A stretch of 51,579 nt of DNA from a bacterium (GCA_043803945.1 JAZDJN010000015.1:1-51579), one strand, 5' to 3'. Shown: positions 29,417-38,206, counted from the first letter of the stretch. A program made the numbers and translations. The notes: a model not told the origin generated them from the letters alone.

Positions 29417-30385
29417 TCAATGATAGAAATTTCTTATCCATTGATGCTCCTTAAGATTCCAGATCATCGATTCACCCAGCTTTTGGCCATCCGAAACCTT
29501 AATGTTCGCTTCGACATTCTTTATTGTCCTCATGCCTGGAATAACCGTAGAAACTGCGGCATGATTCAGGCAAAAACGTAAAGCCAATTCTGCCAAGGAA
29601 GAACTCTCGTCACCCAGTAATAATTTGAGCCGATCAGTGTGTTCTACAAGCTGCTCTTTCCGATCATCCCTGAAATATCTATTCCTAAAGTCTCCCTCTG
29701 GGAATGTCGTATCAATAGTGATCGTTCCTGTGAGTCCTCCCTCATCAAGAGGTACGCGAACGATTACTCCAATGTTCTTTTCCATACAGAGTGGAAACAG
29801 TTCCTTTTCCGGCGATTGGTCGAAGATATTATAAATAACCTGAACAGTATCGAGTTTCCCCGAATGACAGAGCTTCAATGCATTGTGAGGTTCATAATCG
29901 TTGATCGATACTCCAAATGACCTAATCTTTCCCTGCTCTTTCAGATGGGAGATTGCATCAGACCACTCCGATTCCTCTGTCCATTCATCATCCCAAACAT
30001 GGAATTGCTGAAGCTCAATCTGCTCAACACCGAGATTCTTCAAGCTCATCTCGGTACATTCAATAATGTGAGTATAAGGAAAAACCTCACTCAGGCTACT
30101 CCCCTTCTTAGCTGGCCAGCGCATATTCTTCGGTGGGATCTTTGTTGCTACAGTGATTTTCTCTCTCCGCTCTTCCAATACATTATTGATTAATCGTTCG
30201 CTATGGCCATCACCATACACGAGAGCGGTGTCGATAAAGGTCAATCCGCAATCAATTGCCCGATGAAGTGCTCGGATCGATTCATGATCATTCGATCCCT
30301 GCCAGAGATTGCCACCTATCCCCCAGGCACCATAACCAATCTCCGATACCCGCATCTCGGTCCTGCCGAGAATTCTGTATTTCAT
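29417..30385 (-). CDS. Aldo/keto reductase
   Basis: MKYRILGRT, FIDTALVYGDG, ATK, GKIRSFGVS, YNIFDQ; start placed at the second ATG, which has AGGAG upstream. Confidence 0.93.
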   Translation of the reverse strand: MKYRILGRTEMRVSEIGYGAWGIGGNLWQGSNDHESIRALHRAIDCGLTFIDTALVYGDGHSERLINNVLEERREKITVATKIPPKNMRWPAKKGSSLSEVFPYTHIIECTEMSLKNLGVEQIELQQFHVWDDEWTEESEWSDAISHLKEQGKIRSFGVSINDYEPHNALKLCHSGKLDTVQVIYNIFDQSPEKELFPLCMEKNIGVIVRVPLDEGGLTGTITIDTTFPEGDFRNRYFRDDRKEQLVEHTDRLKLLLGDESSSLAELALRFCLNHAAVSTVIPGMRTIKNVEANIKVSDGQKLGESMIWNLKEHQWIRNFYH

Positions 30386-30392
30386 AGTGTCT

Positions 30393-30626
30393 CTACTCCT
30401 TCTTTGCAAACTTTTTATTCCAGAGCTCTTCAATATCTTTTTTTGTTTTTTTTACAACGTAACGATTATGGAGTACCTCGAGTCGATTCGTGGAGATCGC
30501 ATCCAGATCTTCATCGTCCTTGTTGCGTTTTAGAATCATCTCAAACATGCGAAGGTCCTCTCGATTCATCTTAACGCTATACTCTTTCAATTCCTGAATC
30601 ATCTTGTGTTGTTCAATGTGTGTCAT
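30393..30626 (-). CDS. Small hypothetical protein
   Basis: 77-aa ORF directly upstream of the reductase, with protein-like composition. Confidence 0.6.
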   Translation of the reverse strand: MTHIEQHKMIQELKEYSVKMNREDLRMFEMILKRNKDDEDLDAISTNRLEVLHNRYVVKKTKKDIEELWNKKFAKKE

Positions 30627-30750
30627 CGGAGGGCTTCCTTACTAAGGCAATAATATTCTGTTCACCTGCAAATGTATGAATTAAGAATGGATCAGGCAAG
30701 CAAGACTTTTCCAAAAGTATCAACCGGAATAGGTAATTGCTCAGTAAGTA

Positions 30751-30830
30751 ATCCACGTCTGCCCGCCCTCTATGGCTCTAGAAAGGCAGGCTCGCCTAAG
30801 CTCTCCGAGCGCCGGCGAGCAGGCGGGGAT
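30751..30830. repeat. Nested GC-rich palindromic (REP-like) element
   Basis: Outer ATCC-CG-CTGC/GCAGGCGGGGAT and inner GCTCGCC/GGCGAGC stems. Confidence 0.5.
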
Positions 30831-30928
30831 GACACACCGATATACCCCCTTCACAGAGTGAACACAGATAATAATTGTATTTGTTATTTCTTCAAACAAG
30901 ATCTCACACTTACTTTTCTCAGTGATTA

Positions 30929-32326
30929 TCAGTGTGCCATCAGTGGTTGAAAATGATTTTTATAAAGGAGCAGGTATTCTGCACTCCAATACTTATATCG
31001 ATAGAGAACAGTTATTGTGGAATCCCTGAGGATTGACTCCTTTGTTATTGTAGTTTGGGAAAATAATGAATTTGAAGTGAATGGATCCCAAAATATGAGG
31101 CACTCAGGATATTTCGAAAGTGTCTTATTATTAAATTTTGCAAGACGCGTTCCTCCCACCAGCGGTTCATCCAATACATATGCAACGATAGCATTGTTCG
31201 TAAGGATGATGAGATTTGGATATTCTCCTTTCAAAGGTTTAGCCATATTGACGATGACCTGGTCATAGTTCGGCCAACGTCGTGGATGAGTGGTAATTGT
31301 GCAATTGAAAACAATAATTCCAAACGTGAGGAGAGCGAATGCAAATTTACTCCATGGAAGCTTTATTCGTTCAAGGAGCTCCGAAAATCCAACCACAGCG
31401 ATAATACTGAAGAATGGCCCTACGACAGCGATGTAACGGAATTCTCCAATGCTTGCAGTCCAATGGAACACCTCTGCACCTGCAAGAGTATTGATTATAA
31501 TATTAAGAACGATTGTGCAATAGAGTATCCAATAACCAGAAGTTCGATGGGTACGTGTGATGAACGCTACACCCGCGATGAAAAGGATGAGCTGTGCAAA
31601 ACCAAATATTGTCTGTAGGTTTTGAAGATAGTGAGTCACGGAAACACCAGGGATAAATTTACCAAGATTTGAAAATCTTGACCATTCACGGAAAAATGTG
31701 AACAGATCTCCCGAGAGGATAGTCGTCCAGGCAATCCACACAAATGGACCTAGCAGGACGAGCGGGAGAATTTTCCATTCACGCCTTCGTGTGTAGAGCG
31801 CAAGCATAATCAATGCGAAAACAAACATTTCAAACCGAAAGAGAAACACCGCTGAAGCAAGAGTCAGGCTCCCAGCGTGCTTCCCCTTCAAGTGAAGCCA
31901 ATACGCAAGAACGATGAGAAGTGCAGCAGGTGCTTCTGCAAGACACGCATAGGAAATATCGAAGAGAATTGGTTGGAGACCCGTAAGCAATACGACCCAC
32001 TCTGCATGCCGTACTCCTTTTAATTTGGCAATTTTGTATGTGACAATAAGCAGGCAGAGAAACAGTGCGAGAGAGAAAAACATCGTAATGGTATGGCCGA
32101 ATTGAGCCGGAAGTGCGAAAAGCCATAAGCGTCCGGGGCGATGCCATGTTTCTACGAACACCGGCAGAGAACTTAGAAAAAACCTGCTGTAGAGAAAATG
32201 CGCACACTCATCGATGTAATAGAATCCGTTCGATCGAAGAATCCATACAGACTCGATAACCGTTACAATGGAAATGAAGAATATGAAAAGCCGATTATTG
32301 GAATCACTACGACCATTCTCTTTCAT
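30929..32326 (-). CDS. Polytopic membrane protein, probable GT-C glycosyltransferase (PMT/ArnT-like)
   Basis: DE motif after TM1 (YYIDECAH), 10 or more TM helices, LAEAP, RFE and FRY motifs. Confidence 0.7.
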   Translation of the reverse strand: MKENGRSDSNNRLFIFFISIVTVIESVWILRSNGFYYIDECAHFLYSRFFLSSLPVFVETWHRPGRLWLFALPAQFGHTITMFFSLALFLCLLIVTYKIAKLKGVRHAEWVVLLTGLQPILFDISYACLAEAPAALLIVLAYWLHLKGKHAGSLTLASAVFLFRFEMFVFALIMLALYTRRREWKILPLVLLGPFVWIAWTTILSGDLFTFFREWSRFSNLGKFIPGVSVTHYLQNLQTIFGFAQLILFIAGVAFITRTHRTSGYWILYCTIVLNIIINTLAGAEVFHWTASIGEFRYIAVVGPFFSIIAVVGFSELLERIKLPWSKFAFALLTFGIIVFNCTITTHPRRWPNYDQVIVNMAKPLKGEYPNLIILTNNAIVAYVLDEPLVGGTRLAKFNNKTLSKYPECLIFWDPFTSNSLFSQTTITKESILRDSTITVLYRYKYWSAEYLLLYKNHFQPLMAH

Positions 32327-32332
32327 AGATGA

Positions 32333-32361
32333 ATGATAGAATTCTTTTGCTTTTCATTCAA
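32333..32361 (-). promoter_or_regulatory. sigma70 promoter placed for a leaderless transcript
   Basis: TTGAAT, 17 bp spacer, TATCAT, then 6 nt to the ATG at 32326. Confidence 0.5.
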
Positions 32362-32463
32362 GGAAATGTCACCGTTTGCAGAAGTCTTTCTTTTGCCACT
32401 GATTAATCTCTGGAAAAAGACAGACTTCTTTATACCAGCGAACGGTTAGATCGGAGAGTCCGG

Positions 32464-33540
32464 TCACGACGAAGGTTTTCGCTTTTTAAGCTGCTTCAGT
32501 GCTGTCTTGACCATTCGCCCAAACCGCCTGTCTTTCTCGCGTCTTTCCATGTAGGACATTTCGTGGAATTCGGATTCCTTCATCAGTTTCATATAACTCT
32601 GGTACCTGGCCTCACTCAGAGCGCCGGTTTGAACTGCAGACAGGATTTCGCATCCAGCCTCAACGGCGTGTGTGCAATCACGAAACCGGCATCCCTCCGA
32701 GAGGTCGTGAATATCAGAGAAGCTATCGTCAATACTGGCTCTTACTGCCATCATTCCCAGCTCCCTCATGCCTGGAGTATCGACGAGGAGCGCTCCATTG
32801 TCCAGGACAGTCAGTTGTCGGCGCGCAGTGGTGTGCCTTCCCCTGCTGTCCTTTTCACGAATCGGATTTGTTTCAAATGCCTCGCGACCGAGAAGATGGT
32901 TCAGTAGTGTAGTCTTCCCCACACCGGAAGACCCGAGCAAGCAATAGGTCTTCCCTTTCTGTAGTGCCTGCTTCACCCTCTCGAGTCCCATTTCAGTTGT
33001 ATTGCTCAATGGAATGACTCTTGAGTCGATCTTCGCCTTTCGGATCTCGTCAATCCTGCTGTTCAATTCATCGGCGCTGACGAGGTCGCTCTTGCTGAGC
33101 AAGATTACTGGCTCCACACTTCCCTCATTGACCATCACGAGATATCGCTCCATACGGCGAAGGTTGAAATTATGATCGCACGATTGCATGATGAATGCGA
33201 CATCGACGTTCGAAGCGATCATCTGGAAATCGACATTATTGCCGGCGGATTTGCGCCGCAAGTAGGTTTTTCTCGGGAAGACTTCATGGATGATTGCGAG
33301 TGTGCCGTCATTGTAGTACTGAACGTATACCCAGTCCCCAACGCAGGGAATATCCTGACTTGATTCGGCAGCGAAGAGGAGTTTGCCTGTAGGCTCCGCT
33401 TGAATTTCATGGTGTTCATTCCGGACAAGGTAACGGTCTCGGTCGACTCTTGTGACGCGCGCAATAGAACAATCTGGTGGCTCTTGCTCACTTCGTTTTT
33501 CTTTAAACCAATTATCAAATCCGAGATCTGCTAGTTCCAT
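32464..33540 (-). CDS. rsgA: Ribosome small subunit-dependent GTPase A
   Basis: Circularly permuted GTPase (SKSD, GSSGVGKTT, RGRHTT, DTPGMRE) and Zn site CRFRDCTH...GC. Confidence 0.95.
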   Translation of the reverse strand: MELADLGFDNWFKEKRSEQEPPDCSIARVTRVDRDRYLVRNEHHEIQAEPTGKLLFAAESSQDIPCVGDWVYVQYYNDGTLAIIHEVFPRKTYLRRKSAGNNVDFQMIASNVDVAFIMQSCDHNFNLRRMERYLVMVNEGSVEPVILLSKSDLVSADELNSRIDEIRKAKIDSRVIPLSNTTEMGLERVKQALQKGKTYCLLGSSGVGKTTLLNHLLGREAFETNPIREKDSRGRHTTARRQLTVLDNGALLVDTPGMRELGMMAVRASIDDSFSDIHDLSEGCRFRDCTHAVEAGCEILSAVQTGALSEARYQSYMKLMKESEFHEMSYMERREKDRRFGRMVKTALKQLKKRKPSS

Positions 33541-33559
33541 TTGATGTTTTCAGTATCGC

Positions 33560-33632
33560 TGGTAACAAAGTACCTCCGCCCATTACGAAGGCGGAAGTGT
33601 AGGCGGATGTTGCAAGCACGATTCTTTTATGC
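33560..33632 (-). repeat. Degenerate attC-like half-site
   Basis: Contains the GCAAGCACGATT arm shared with 34371-34382 and 35261-35272; R boxes degenerate. Confidence 0.5.
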
Positions 33633-33700
33633 AATCGTTGGTTTGCGTGAATGTTGCACTGAATCCGTTATCATACTTAGAGACAGGCGGCAAAGCTCAA

Positions 33701-33729
33701 TTGACTGTCTTGGTAGAATCAAGTATATT
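33701..33729 (+). promoter_or_regulatory. Promoter of the TA module
   Basis: TTGACT, 17 bp spacer, TATATT. Confidence 0.7.
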
Positions 33730-33757
33730 AGAGTTAGAAAAAGTAGAAAGTAACTCT

Positions 33758-33994
33758 ATGAGAACAATTGCAGCAACAAAAACAAAGATTTCAAAACTTC
33801 TCGCTGAATCCGAGAAGTCGCACGAGCCAATCCAGATCGTAAGCAAAAAGAACGCTGGCGTCCTTATCTCAATCGATGACTGGTTATCTATCCAGGAAAC
33901 GTTGTATCTTCTCTCAATTCCCAAGATGCGTGAATCTATTATTAAGGGATTGAATACCCCAATTGAAAAGTGCTCACCGGAGCTTTCTTGGTGA
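33758..33994 (+). CDS. yefM: Phd/YefM-family antitoxin
   Basis: SHEPIQI, VLISIDDWLSIQETLYLLSIPKMRESI; GTGA overlap with the toxin gene. Confidence 0.9.
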   Translation: MRTIAATKTKISKLLAESEKSHEPIQIVSKKNAGVLISIDDWLSIQETLYLLSIPKMRESIIKGLNTPIEKCSPELSW

Positions 33995-34197
33995 AGTGGC
34001 GAATAGTATTCACCAAGCAAGCACAAAAAGATGCAAAGAAACTTGTATCTGCAGGACTACAGACAAATGCAGAAGCACTCCTTAAGGTTCTCGAACTCAA
34101 TCCTTTCAAAACTCCTCCAAGATATGAAAAACTTGTCGGTGATCTGACTGGAGCATATTCTCGCCGTATCATGCTGAATCGTTTCCACTATAGCTAA
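33991..34197 (+). pseudogene. yoeB: Txe/YoeB-family toxin, C-terminally truncated
   Basis: WRIVFTKQAQKD...PPRYEKLVGDLTGAYSRRI; homology is then lost (no HRLVY strand, no C-terminal HY). Confidence 0.85.
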
Positions 34198-34240
34198 CCA
34201 TTTCTCTGTTTAAGATATCCCAGCAAACCAATGACACAGT

Positions 34241-34389
34241 GTGAGTGCTTGCGCCACCCCGCTGCGAGCTAAGAAAATTCCAATTCTGCGAAGCTGAAGG
34301 TTGGAGCGTTTGTCCGCCATCTTCCTAGGCGAGCGCCTGCCCGCCGTAGTGTTTTTTACGGAGGCGGGTCGCAAGCACGATTGTTAGGC
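34241..34389 (-). repeat. attC-like site (one R box degenerate)
   Basis: Arms GTGCTTGCG (34245-34253) and CGCAAGCAC (34370-34378); GTTAGGC at 34383-34389; 34314-34390 is identical to 35204-35280. Confidence 0.7.
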
Positions 34390-34429
34390 GCAGGCAAAGT
34401 CCCATATCAATAGCGTCTTGCGGAACGAG

Positions 34430-34891
34430 TCATGACGTGTGACGTGTCGCGGCCACTTTTGCTTCAGCGTTGGCTCTATGTGCTGCAGCAGCGACTTCTT
34501 TAGTGACTATGGTCTTACCGATCGGAGCAAGAGATATGCCTGCGAGCTTCAAATGCTGAACGCCGAACGGAATACCGATGATGGTGACGAAGCATAAAAG
34601 CGCAGACAGCACGTGTCCTATAGCGAGCCACAGCCCCGCGAAGATGAACCAGATAATGTTGCCCAAGCTTCCCAGCGCGCCGGTTCCGATGTCGTCCTTT
34701 AGAGTTAAGTCTTTGCGGCTGATGGCTTCTCGGCCAAATGGGAAGAAGGTGAATTGACCTATTACAAAACAGGCTTTGCCCCATGGAATGCCGACTATTG
34801 ACAAGAACGCGATTAGACCGATGAACCACCAAGCTAGCCCCATGAAGATACCGCCAAAAACAAACCAAATGAGATTTCCTATGGTACGCAT
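34430..34891 (-). CDS. yccF: YccF/DUF307 inner membrane protein (cassette gene)
   Basis: Two repeats of GNxIWF...IxGIPxG; PFGRE and APIGK; GGAGGA RBS. Confidence 0.92.
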   Translation of the reverse strand: MRTIGNLIWFVFGGIFMGLAWWFIGLIAFLSIVGIPWGKACFVIGQFTFFPFGREAISRKDLTLKDDIGTGALGSLGNIIWFIFAGLWLAIGHVLSALLCFVTIIGIPFGVQHLKLAGISLAPIGKTIVTKEVAAAAHRANAEAKVAATRHTS

Positions 34892-35012
34892 AGCGTCCTC
34901 CTTATGTAGATCCCGTGACCAAAGCCAGCAAGCGTATGAGATGATAGGGATTGATGGCTTCGTGTGAACAGATGTGCCGCAAAATGCCCTGCCAAAATAA
35001 ATCTTTGCTTGC

Positions 35013-35279
35013 GCCTAACGTTTAGGCAACACGCCGTTGCGAGCCGCCAGTATCGAACTGAATCTCAATTGCTCTGGCGGCGAGCAATGGAGCGCCTGTC
35101 CGCCGTGCTTCACCTTTTGGCGGACCTGTCCGCCGTCTGTTTGGCGGAAGCACAATTGACATACCTTTCATTAGATTCCTATTCGACATAACCAAACGAG
35201 CGCCCGCCATCTTCCTAGGCGAGCGCCTGCCCGCCGTAGTGTTTTTTACGGAGGCGGGTCGCAAGCACGATTGTTAGGC
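35013..35279 (-). repeat. attC-like site, 267 bp, with inserted mini-palindromes
   Basis: GCCTAAC (35013) ... GTTAGGC (35273); internal stem CCGTTGCGAGCCGCCA/TGGCGGCGAGCAATGG. Confidence 0.75.
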
Positions 35280-35326
35280 GAAGTGCGAGCAAATGCAATA
35301 GTTAACGATAGGTATTTAAGAATAAT

Positions 35327-35863
35327 CTAAAACTCGTATGCTAATCCCAAGTTTAATCCCCAAGATAAACCAGCGCTGCCGTAGGATGCTTTCTCACCAG
35401 ACTTAGATTCGACACTCCCGATAACATATCCAAGCGTGAGGGAAGGAGCTAATGTGAAGCCACTTTCTCAACGCCATCTATATCCAAACTCACCTTGTGG
35501 TTCAAGCGTAATAGCTGTGATTTTTTCATTTGGAGATGACCAGCTAGAGTAATCCCAACTAACAGACATCAAGGCGAGACCACCACCGTAAAAGATTCCC
35601 TCATTATTCTTGTCCTTGTAAAATCGGTACTTTGCACCAATTCCGATAATAGACAAATCACTTGTCGGTACCCAGAGGAAAAATGGAATATTAATTTCTG
35701 CTTTACCATTGTCCACATATCTTCCATATTCCCCTGAATATATCTTAAAAATCAATCCAAGGGGATTTACACCGATATGGTTTTTTCGATCTTCCTTCTG
35801 TTGAGCCATTAAGAGGCAAGAGGCCAGAGCGAAAATCGCAAATAATACAAATATACGTTTCAT
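35327..35863 (-). pseudogene. Outer-membrane beta-barrel protein (DUF3575-like) with an in-frame TGA
   Basis: Signal peptide; TGA at 35468-35470 in GYRWR*ESGF; the frame continues to ...WGLNLGLAYEF, a C-terminal beta-signal. Confidence 0.8.
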
Positions 35864-35917
35864 GTGTGGCTCCTTATGTGTATGGAGTGTTATTGAATTA
35901 GACGGTGCGAGCATTTC

Positions 35918-36107
35918 GCCTAACGTTTGAGTGCTTGCGCCTGCCGGCAGGCAAGCCGTTGCGAGCCGCCACTATGACTGAATCAATTTCGTGGCGGCGA
36001 GCAATGGAGCGAGCACTCTATATTTAGCCAGGCCTTGTTTCAACATCGCCTATCCAGCGTGCGAGCGCCCCGCGAAGCGGGGTAAACCGGTTTGCCGTTT
36101 GTTAGGC
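35918..36107 (-). repeat. attC-like site, 190 bp
   Basis: GCCTAAC (35918) ... GTTAGGC (36101); same internal stem as the 35013 copy. Confidence 0.75.
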
Positions 36108-36131
36108 GCTGCACCGCCGAATTGGAAATCC

Positions 36132-37967
36132 CTATTTCTGGAAAACAATTTCACCCGCGCAAGGGCCTCTATGGTTGCGAGAGATCTTGAAGGTCACTGG
36201 TTGACCTCGCCTAATTTCGTAGGGAGATCGCAAAGAGCCAAGATCTAAAACATTTGTTGTATGGAAGAACAGGCGATCAGCGTCCACCGAATGCTCGATG
36301 TAGCCGATTGACCGCGCAGGAGAGAACCAAGATACCTTACCCTTGAGGGGGATAGAAGCTTTGAGGTTATCAGGTGAAAGAGTAGCAACCTTTGACATGA
36401 ATTTTGCATCCACGTAGCTTCTGGTGTCGGAAATAGCTCGATCGGAATGAATGTTAACGTGGGTCGGAATCTTCTGGAGGATACAAAAACCGTAATCAAA
36501 TTCGTACGTGAGTCGACGGGATTGTTCCGCGATGTCGGTCAACTTGATTACATTGTCCTGACGGGATCGATGAACAAGTGGGGCCAAGAGTACTGCGCCC
36601 TGATCGCAAGTGAAACGAAACGATTGAGCTTGTTTGCACAAGAAAACAATTTGATCAATGAGTTCTCGATCAGTCGCCGTGTGCTGAGTGTAGAGATCGG
36701 CAGCATAGTGCGCAATTGATTGCATGGCAACGCTTTTGGTGACGAAAGCAGTAGTGCGCTTGTGTGTCCGGAACAGGCGTGCGGCCTCCTGCAACGAGTG
36801 GCCAGCGAGGACGATGAATTTACGAATGATTCCCTGGCTCGCTAGTATCAATTGCTCCAAAGCATCGCCGGAAGTCTTTGAAGACGGAATCTCATGACGC
36901 GTTTTCATACCAACGTACTGACCCCAGGTATCAGTGCGGATGAAGTAAAAGAAATCGCCGATGGGAGTGGGGCCATGATCAGTGGTCAGCGCCTCCTTGA
37001 GATACGTGTTAACCATGTGATAAGTGAGTGCCCTGAAACGTGCAAATCCGTGATCGTCGAAGATGTCGTAAGCGAGATCAACAAGTGGTCCAAAGCGAGA
37101 CGCTTGGAGAATATCGCTCTTCGAGTTCGGATAGGTAGTAACTTTGTATACGAAAACTTCGGAAGTTCTGAACTGATTGATGAACTTCTCAAACAAGCTT
37201 GCACTGGCTTTGTCCTTTGTCTCAAAGAACGCAGGATCTAGTTCGCCAATTTCGTCAATCAACAAGAGGATCTTCATGCAATAGGGCTCGAAGAATCTCT
37301 TGTAAAGGTCTTCAAGGTCTTGGATTGCCAAGTCTGGTGTAGATTTGACTTTGATCTCTTCTTCAGTCTGGCTACTAGAGAGGCCAGAAACGAAATTGTT
37401 GCCAACACGGCCTTCAGCCAGGAAAGCATTCTTGACAGTCTTCGTGACTTCGTCAGCGGTCAGTTTTGAGTAGTGCTCCTCTTCTGCGTAAATGCCTCGT
37501 CTGGTCAAACGCTCCCTCCAGTCCTTGAATTTCTGAAACCAACCCTCGGATTTGATTACCGACTGGATGTCTTTGCCCACAGCGAGCATTTGTCGGTAGA
37601 CATGGGAGATTGCCTTCTTGTACAGGTCTTCCGGGTCTTGGAGGTGCGAGAGAGCAGCAAAATTCACGAAAACTGGAATGACAGTTGTGCTGCCTCTCTC
37701 GGTGATGTCAACGAGGGCTTTTGAGTCATAGAAAGCTTGCACGGCTTTCAGCATCATTGTCTTACCGGTGCCGTAGTCGCCGCGTATGATGGAATTTGAG
37801 AGTGAGAAACAGGCCAATCCCTTCCTTTCTTCCATCACAAACAAATCAAGCACCTTGGTGAGTTGGATATCCTCAGCGCTAACGTACTTGAAAGGATTTG
37901 TTCTTAAGCCGAAAATCTTCTCGAAGTACTGATCTTCGGGAGTCAAGGTTGATGTGTATGTAGGCAT
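36132..37967 (-). CDS. P-loop ATPase (ORC/CDC6- or STAND-like) with C-terminal cold-shock domain (cassette gene)
   Basis: NPF..AE motif, Walker A GDYGTGKT, Walker B LLLIDE; C-terminal GKVSWFSPARSIGYI...LFFH...VTF is CSD-like; AGGAGG RBS. Confidence 0.8.
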   Translation of the reverse strand: MPTYTSTLTPEDQYFEKIFGLRTNPFKYVSAEDIQLTKVLDLFVMEERKGLACFSLSNSIIRGDYGTGKTMMLKAVQAFYDSKALVDITERGSTTVIPVFVNFAALSHLQDPEDLYKKAISHVYRQMLAVGKDIQSVIKSEGWFQKFKDWRERLTRRGIYAEEEHYSKLTADEVTKTVKNAFLAEGRVGNNFVSGLSSSQTEEEIKVKSTPDLAIQDLEDLYKRFFEPYCMKILLLIDEIGELDPAFFETKDKASASLFEKFINQFRTSEVFVYKVTTYPNSKSDILQASRFGPLVDLAYDIFDDHGFARFRALTYHMVNTYLKEALTTDHGPTPIGDFFYFIRTDTWGQYVGMKTRHEIPSSKTSGDALEQLILASQGIIRKFIVLAGHSLQEAARLFRTHKRTTAFVTKSVAMQSIAHYAADLYTQHTATDRELIDQIVFLCKQAQSFRFTCDQGAVLLAPLVHRSRQDNVIKLTDIAEQSRRLTYEFDYGFCILQKIPTHVNIHSDRAISDTRSYVDAKFMSKVATLSPDNLKASIPLKGKVSWFSPARSIGYIEHSVDADRLFFHTTNVLDLGSLRSPYEIRRGQPVTFKISRNHRGPCAGEIVFQK

Positions 37968-38016
37968 GATTGACCCTCCTGGTCATTGGGATTCGTAGTC
38001 ATTGAGGCAGTGTTGC

Positions 38017-38150
38017 GCCTAACGTTCGAGCAACCACGCAGTGCCGCCACGAGCTATAAAATGGCAAATTATTTTCGCGAAGTGGCGGCATTGAGTGAGC
38101 ACTATTACCTTTGTACAAATGAGCGAACGTCGTGGTTGCAATTGTTATGT
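38017..38150 (-). repeat. attC-like site, 134 bp (least altered copy)
   Basis: Minus strand: ACATAAC-aatt-GCAACCACG ... CGTGGTTGC-tcgaac-GTTAGGC. Confidence 0.8.
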
Positions 38151-38206
38151 GGCGTTGCCGTTTGCTATATGTTGATTGATATTCCGTAATGAAAAGTTAA
38201 TTCCTG

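Noticed and set aside
33629-33757. N-terminal extension of the antitoxin in the ORF track
   Set aside because: It covers the TA promoter; family homology starts at ATG 33758.
34964-35264. Short ORFs over the 35013 repeat (also 35991-36248 and 37986-38189)
   Set aside because: They are translations of GC-rich repeat sequence.
35468-35470. Selenocysteine readthrough of the TGA
   Set aside because: The context is a beta-barrel strand where Trp fits, not a redox Cys position; no convincing SECIS hairpin.
34241-38150. CRISPR interpretation of the repeats
   Set aside because: The repeats are long, variable and separated by whole genes; no cas genes are present.
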